A DNA stretch of 64,000 nucleotides from Candidatus Latescibacterota bacterium (lineage in GTDB: Bacteria > Latescibacterota > UBA2968 > GCA-2709665). Below the pieces are notes generated by a model. It was not told the DNA's origin. It saw only the letters and a list, made by a program, of their open reading frames with translations, and made no database searches. The translations under genes and the position numbers were made by a program. The stretch lies in assembly GCA_965222075.1 (NCBI GenBank), contig OZ244937.1, positions 640,001-704,000 of the forward strand. The letters are read 5' to 3'. Shown here piece after piece: positions 58,249-64,000 of this stretch. The stretch's first letter is position 1, and the number at the start of each line of letters is the position of its first letter.

Positions 58249-58490
58249 TCCTCTTTCCCCGCCAGGTCCCGAAAGTGAGACAGAGCAGCGCGTCTGAAAG
58301 CGACATCGTCGGGCGTATCTCCTTCTCCGTGCACCTGGTTCAGGTTCGCAACAATGGCCTTTGCGGATTGTTTTTCGATATAAGCCCTTGCCGCCCTCTG
58401 GAAAAATTCGCTGCGTGATATGTTGGCGGTTTTGAGGAATATTTCGATGCTCTCATTGAGGGCATCGGGAATCGAGATTGCCGTTTTCAT
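58245..58490 (-). CDS. Ribbon-helix-helix antitoxin of the MazF pair
   Basis: MKTAISIPD..ISRSEFFQRA..LNQVHG; overlaps the toxin start. Confidence 0.85.
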   Translation of the reverse strand: MKTAISIPDALNESIEIFLKTANISRSEFFQRAARAYIEKQSAKAIVANLNQVHGEGDTPDDVAFRRAALSHFRDLAGKEE

Positions 58491-58555
58491 GCGGTTTTAT
58501 ATACCATTCTTATAGCTGTTTCTCAACCGGGATTGTCCAAAGTTTAGTATAATGG

Positions 58556-59335
58556 TTAGCCAACCAGGTTTTGTAGAAACTCGCGGCTTAGCTGTTGCGC
58601 AATTTCAGAGTCTGGAACTTGCTCGTAAAGCACTCCCATGAGCTCTCCACGCTGGGCATTGACGGGGGGTTCCAAGGCCTCAATCAAGACCGCCTCCAGG
58701 ATACGGATAAGGCGTCTTAGATCGAATTCTTTTCGTGAGTGTCCCAGTTCACCGTTGTCACTAACATTGCAGAATCCGAACCAAGAAAACTTGTCCCATC
58801 TCGGTGACTTGCGATCTCGATTGTGATCGCGCAACCGTTCAAATAGGCTGGCGTCAGTCCTGCCGACGTAAACGACTGATCGGTCCTTGTGGAGCAGATA
58901 TACGCCTCGCTGTTCAGCAAAATTTACCGAGGCCGCATCACGCGTCTGACGTCCAAGCATTTTGCGCTTCTTCCAATTTACTTTCTGTCTCTCCCAGTAC
59001 AGCCCAAAAGCAGGCACTCCGATTGAATCCTCGGTTTGTTCGTCCTCTTCGATGTCCTCTCTTTCTCGCACTACAGGCTGCTCATCTTCCTTTGTGCTGA
59101 CGAATTCGTAAACCCCTCTGGTCACACGTCGAATCCTATTGTCGTACGAATTAGCTTCAGGATCTACCATTGAAAGCAGGCACGCCCTTACTGTCGCAGA
59201 AGGCGTGGCCCCCGAGAGGGCTCTTAGCCCGCGGGCCCCTATCATTTCGGTTATTCGCTGGTAGTGGAGCGGCTGGTAAGAATCCTCAAGAACTCTCGTG
59301 ATGGCTTCTTGCCATGTTATGTCATCAGATGCCAT
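58556..59335 (-). CDS. HARE-HTH + GIY-YIG nuclease domain protein
   Basis: WQEAITRVL..PLHYQRITE..GATPSATV (HARE-HTH); AFGLYW..GVYLLH..VYVGRT..ERLRDH..WDKFSWFG (GIY-YIG). Confidence 0.78.
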   Translation of the reverse strand: MASDDITWQEAITRVLEDSYQPLHYQRITEMIGARGLRALSGATPSATVRACLLSMVDPEANSYDNRIRRVTRGVYEFVSTKEDEQPVVREREDIEEDEQTEDSIGVPAFGLYWERQKVNWKKRKMLGRQTRDAASVNFAEQRGVYLLHKDRSVVYVGRTDASLFERLRDHNRDRKSPRWDKFSWFGFCNVSDNGELGHSRKEFDLRRLIRILEAVLIEALEPPVNAQRGELMGVLYEQVPDSEIAQQLSREFLQNLVG

Positions 59336-59450
59336 TTTCCTGTCCTCTATTGGGAAGGGGCTTAGTTGATGAGGCCACGGTGCTCCTGAGATTGCGGGCG
59401 CACTTTCCTCTGCGGCCGGTTACATCGTGTCTTTCTCTCCAGGTCGACGA

Positions 59451-59768
59451 TCACGATTCATCCTCCACGAAGAATCCCAGATCCGGATGGTCCTTCACTA
59501 TGGTGAGAAGTGCTTGCTCAGCCTGTTCTCGCTTCTTGCGTTGGGCCACATCAGTGGGGAACTCCTCCGGGCAGTCCGACGGATCGTCCACCATGCTGGC
59601 AAAGATGACGGCGCGGCAAGCCGCCAATGGACGACGTGCCCACCAAAGATGTAAGGTGGACGGATGGCCGTGCCGGATAGATTTCTCGCGTGCAGACTCG
59701 CGGTTGATATCGTCGAGGGGCAGGTCAACTTCGATGAGTTTACGGCGGTATTGGGTTTGGGTAGTCAT
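59451..59768 (-). pseudogene. N-terminal stub of a DUF1156 DNA methyltransferase
   Basis: [55 protein letters not shown]; ends at 105 aa with no methylase core. Confidence 0.85.
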
Positions 59769-59973
59769 ATCAGCGCATCGTCCCTGCGTTTGACTGAATC
59801 AGGTTGGCTGGTTAGGTCCAATGCCAAGATCAAACTGAACCGTCTGTGATGGAGGGAGAGGGATATGCTGCTTGATAAATGCACGTCCGGTATGGTTTTC
59901 AACGATTTTGACCGCAGGGGTCCCGGTAAACGTATGGGTAGTTGCATGAAATACCGACAGACTGAATGCAGGT

Positions 59974-60183
59974 TTACTGGGCGTTAGCGTGGTCAGTCGT
60001 TATCACAATTTCCGAGTGTTTGGTTGCCTGACGGTAAGAATCAAGCCCCTTATCCGCCTTCTGGTAATTTTGGTAAACCTGCATAACTTCGCGGACACCC
60101 GGGCGGGCCAGCGCCTCCTTTAGCATGGCGGCATGTTCTTGCTCACGGTTGGAACTTTGAGGCTTTGCTGTGTGTTTGGGCAT
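59974..60183 (-). CDS. Small hypothetical protein
   Basis: 69 aa with SD AGGAG (EALARPGVREVMQVY). Confidence 0.55.
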   Translation of the reverse strand: MPKHTAKPQSSNREQEHAAMLKEALARPGVREVMQVYQNYQKADKGLDSYRQATKHSEIVITTDHANAQ

Positions 60184-60214
60184 GGGGAGTCTCCTGTTGG
60201 GTTAGTAGTCTCGC

Positions 60215-60337
60215 TGCGTGAACGTTGGGATCTGCCTCGCTTGGATCACTTTCTTTGGCCCAGCGCATGTCGTGGCCGACTCTGCGCAGACGAGCGACGG
60301 TGTGCTCCGACATATTTTCGTCGTCCAGTATTTTCAC
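60215..60337 (-). pseudogene. N-terminal stub of a DUF5615 PIN-like protein
   Basis: MKILDDENMSEHTVARLRRVGHDMRWAKESDPSEADPNV matches the family N-terminus, then similarity stops. Confidence 0.65.
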
Positions 60338-60492
60338 GGTCTTTCGCTGTTTTGCCAGATCATCTTGTATCTTCCGCCTATAACCGGCGCCTCGGCAGCC
60401 AGAGACGGGTTTGCAGCATCATTTGGCGCATCCAATCCACGCTCGTTTTAGGGCGGCAACCCGGCGGCGGCCTGGCCGGTTTCGAAGGGAAG

Positions 60493-62421
60493 TCATCTGG
60501 CATTAAACGCCATCAAAGCTGCGTCGGCTCTACCGCAGGAAACCCATAGCTCAGGCACGGCATGACAAAGCCACTTCAGGGACGAGCAGAACACCTGCCC
60601 TTCCTCATCTTTCAAATCGCCGAATGCGAATTCCGTAAGCCAGTCACCGACAAATTCTGTCCATTCGCTCAGGTCCGAACGGCTTGCAGCGGCTACGAGG
60701 CAAATCGTTATGACCTCCTGTATAGACAACGCATACTCAGCATCGTGCCTGTATCTACGTACAAGGATTCGCAATTCGTCCGCAAGCGTGGGACTCCTTG
60801 TAACGGCGGCAACCGTAGCTAACCCATTCAATATAGTAACAAGCTGCGATCTGTTCTCTATGTTTTGAAGTCGATGGCTGGCACGCATCAGCGCTTTTGC
60901 CGCTAATTCAGCCTGGTCTGCACTAATGGGAAAAATCAAGGCGAAATTCACAAGAGCAATAAACGATGATGGCCCTACTTCGTTTGCGCGGAGCTGTGTC
61001 TCAATCGCTTCTGCGACTTCGGGAGGCAAATTGCGATGCGTACCTTCGGTTCCCTCTAATGGTCCAGGTAACCATGGGCCAGGGGAAACCACCAAGAGAC
61101 TGAAGACTTCTGGCATCATCTCCGAATACCAGGTCATATATATGGCTACCCGCTATATTCTGCTCGTAGTCCTTAGCTGAGATCATGATGCGACCGAAGA
61201 ATTCAGCCTTCATTTGTGAAGCCACTGCAAGATCGGGATCCCAGTGCGGCTCCAAACGCATATCGGCGAGCGATTGCATGCAATATTGCTCTATACGACT
61301 GCTAAACGCCCATTTACTGAATTGATCAATATCAATAGCTGAATTCACAAACTGACGATGAATCAATGTGGCCTGTGACAAGGCTGCCAATCTCCTGTAG
61401 AAAGGAGGCTCCTTCCGAAACAACTGGATTCTTGATAACTCTCCATCCACAAGACAGAACAATGCCGAGAGAAGCTTGAAACCGCTCGTTTGTCCATCAA
61501 CGTCGTCGTCTCGAATCTGCTCAATGAGACGAATAAGTGCCTGCTCTATCTCAGGTCGTGACGGAAGAACGCGAAAGCCGACTTCAATGGCCCCCAACTG
61601 CGAGATTCTGTCTCCATGTTTTTCCAAAAAATTGTAGGCTCTTACAAGGTCTTCACGACTCAAATGGTCAACATTGATTTCGTCCGTTAGCGAAGAATGT
61701 GATGACAGAAGAGGCTAAACATAAAGCCATCATAGGATCGCCACGCAGCCAGTTGATCAAAGAGCGCTCTGCCGTTACCAGAGGCATAATCGCGAATGGA
61801 GGCACTTCCGTCATATTCGCCTACAAGTCTTTCAAAATATCTACGTGAAGGAGGAACCAGAGAGGATATACTACCTTGTCTGCCTATAATCTCACTGCGT
61901 ATGGTTCGTGTCTTTGCGACTGGCGTATCGTGAAACTCACTGTGAAACGCATCGACTTCGTCATCTTCGAGAGCACGTTCCGCAAGAATATTGCGCCATG
62001 GGTCTGATGCACTGTTGGGTAGATTGACGTCGGAAGCGGCTTCATCAAAGGAACGCAGACGTGTATCTCTATCTGGGGAAAGTGCCGCAAAAGTAGACGG
62101 GAGAAGATGCTGTTCATCGCAAGAAAGTGAAAGACGCGGCAGTTCTCCTTCTCCGCTGATGTTCTTTATTTTCCACTTTTGTCCCTTCGTGTCAGTCACT
62201 TCCTGTATTGATGCGCCTGCAAGAACCTTTCGAATAGCATGACACAGACTGGAACATTGAACTAAAATATCAAAATCACGAAAGGTAAGAATAGGATCCG
62301 CCGTAAAACCGTATTCCTCCCGAAAATCCGAATCCTCAAGCAAAGTCTCACGTATAAGGGGAGGCACAAAATTCAAAGCTGCCTGCGCCAATGCAGATCT
62401 GACATCAAGACTATTCGTCAT
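60493..62421 (-). CDS. Unknown ~642-aa protein split by two compensating frameshifts (about 61707 and 61078)
   Basis: ORFs 61687-62421, 61001-61663 and 60493-61137 join as FSLF-LSSHSSLTDEINVDHLSRED and GGFPW-PWLPGPLEG. The first and last segments share a frame. Confidence 0.7.
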
Positions 62422-64000
62422 TTATCCTCCCTCTCCATCATATCCATACCAACCACGTCTACAATTCGTCTTCGATACCATTCGACCAGATCAAGATACA
62501 AATCGGGATTTTGTTCCTTGAGCGGAGCCAAAACTCTCTCGTCGACCCACCTCCAGTATTCGTCCTTGACTTCTTGGGGCTCTTTGATCGGGGGTACGAG
62601 CATTGATAGGATATTTGTACCACGTCCAGTTTTGACCATGTTCTCTCCATCTTCTTTTCCAAGACTGTGCGCCCAGCCGCGAACGTCAATCAGGTTCAAA
62701 ATCCAGTCAGAGCGTACCCGCGCACTCGCAACGTCAACATCGGCCCTCCACAAGCCTGCCAGCACTCGGCTGAACACTTGTAGCAACGTCTCTAACCAAG
62801 GAGTTTCTTTCGGACGCTGAAGCCAAGTACTCATCCGAACCTGAAGGATGTTTTCTCGTATAGCCTTCAGTTCGGCCGTCTCAACAAACTTGCCGTCCTC
62901 GACCACAGAGGCATCAAGATAATGTGTCAGTTCATCCTCGCTTACTGGTACAAAGAAATATCCGGCCTGGCGAAGTCGAGTCCTGTACTCCAGCCGTTCT
63001 TCGGCCGTTTTAGTACCCGTGGAGACCAGTGCATCGATAAGATCCAACGTTGAAAATATCGGCGCATGTGCGTCGCCATCAACGATATTGGCATGTTGGT
63101 TGAGGTATCTGTCATCCAAAATGATTGCATCACAATGCCTTGCCAAGAAGGAAACACCAGCGGTCGGGTGTTCATATATTAGCTGCTCTTTTGATTGACT
63201 AACGTTGATGCGCTTGCTTACCTTTACTTTTCCTGACTCTATCCGCGAATTGACGGCAGACCGTATGCGTTCTATGGCGTCCTCAACCTTGCCAGAAACA
63301 CCTGCGTAAGAAATGAGTAGATTTATTTCAGATTCCGTTCTTGGCGAAATAATCGGTCTGAAGCCAGCGGCTCGGAGTTTTCCCAGTATCCCAAGATGAA
63401 GGAAACGGTATACAGCCAAGTCATCCAGGTACAGTACCGCCCCATCAGCAATCTGCGGCTGATCTGGCCACGACTTCTCGTGAAGTTGAAAATAGGCTCG
63501 CGCCTTCTCTACTTCGTTCGCCGTAATCTGGCCCTTCTTCCGCAACTTGTCCACAATAGATTGACAACTACTCAGCACGGTTGCATGCGCTGTTAAGTCA
63601 GCTTCTTCTTCCATCAGAGAAGCGACCCGATGAACCGGAGACGACTGAACAACAATGCGCTGTGAATCGTCTTCGTTTCTCACCTTTTCCGCCTCCGCTA
63701 TAAACAGCGCCAACTCATCCCCAACCTGATCGGATAGATCACTATCCGGTACAGTGCTTGGCGAGAGTTCTTCTAACGCACCTGTGGCCAGCAAATGCCT
63801 CACCTCATGCGCATCTTTAATCCGGCTTGGCTGATGAAATGCAACCCTCTGTTTTTCCTCAAAAAGCCAACTAAGAGTTGAATGTGGTATGTGGACTGTA
63901 CCAAAAGCGTCCAATGCCTCATCAAGCACATTCAGAAAGCTCAAGGTGAGTAATGCGGTTGCATCCATTCCAACCTGCCCACTGGTATTGAGGCGTGTCG
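62418..64000 (-). CDS. C-terminal part of a large protein with tandem PIN-like domains (TPR-GreAB-PIN-like); starts beyond the window
   Basis: The frame is open to the window edge. VGMDATALLTL..VHIPHSTL..SCQSIVDKLRKKGQIT and LYLDDLAV..IILDDRYLN..STLDLIDALVSTG form two PIN-like repeats. Confidence 0.7.
   Translation of the reverse strand, partial: TRLNTSGQVGMDATALLTLSFLNVLDEALDAFGTVHIPHSTLSWLFEEKQRVAFHQPSRIKDAHEVRHLLATGALEELSPSTVPDSDLSDQVGDELALFIAEAEKVRNEDDSQRIVVQSSPVHRVASLMEEEADLTAHATVLSSCQSIVDKLRKKGQITANEVEKARAYFQLHEKSWPDQPQIADGAVLYLDDLAVYRFLHLGILGKLRAAGFRPIISPRTESEINLLISYAGVSGKVEDAIERIRSAVNSRIESGKVKVSKRINVSQSKEQLIYEHPTAGVSFLARHCDAIILDDRYLNQHANIVDGDAHAPIFSTLDLIDALVSTGTKTAEERLEYRTRLRQAGYFFVPVSEDELTHYLDASVVEDGKFVETAELKAIRENILQVRMSTWLQRPKETPWLETLLQVFSRVLAGLWRADVDVASARVRSDWILNLIDVRGWAHSLGKEDGENMVKTGRGTNILSMLVPPIKEPQEVKDEYWRWVDERVLAPLKEQNPDLYLDLVEWYRRRIVDVVGMDMMEREDK

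Overview
A GC-rich bacterial chromosome segment. A porY/porX-like pair next to tsaE, a long-form IspG, and MacB-type permeases with a sigma-54 promoter suggest the FCB superphylum, possibly Ca. Latescibacterota; this is an inference, not a search result. 1-27 kb is accessory: a catabolic-type cluster (Gfo/Idh/MocA, MlrC, ornithine cyclodeaminase-like, ceramidase-like, DegT, transglutaminase-like), a HigBA toxin-antitoxin pair, an ABC-F ATPase behind a uORF/terminator leader, ABC permeases, an ECF sigma factor fused to a two-domain DNA polymerase III beta-clamp-like module, and a eukaryote-type pyrimidine 5'-nucleotidase. 28-32 kb holds a lower-GC AAA_21 + TOPRIM-like pair and a toxin-tip/immunity-like pair near tRNA-Ile2(CAT). 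32-53 kb is core genome: dnaG (frameshifted), ispG, mutS2, cvpA, rpsU, porY/porX-like, tsaE, rqcH, clpX-like, murQ, UPF0182 and KamA. 53-64 kb holds an XRE-HTH fused to a catalytically dead Clp AAA+ domain with a perfect operator palindrome, then a decaying defence-type island (integrase remnant, MazEF with a mutated toxin start, HARE-HTH-GIY-YIG, DUF1156 and DUF5615 stubs, and a large tandem-PIN protein coupled to an unknown ~640-aa partner). The best candidates for undescribed biology are the sigma/beta-clamp fusion, the XRE/dead-Clp repressor and the tandem-PIN two-gene system. Four single-base frameshifts, one of them in essential dnaG, suggest consensus errors. No CRISPR array or rRNA was seen. 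All family calls come from motif recognition by eye.
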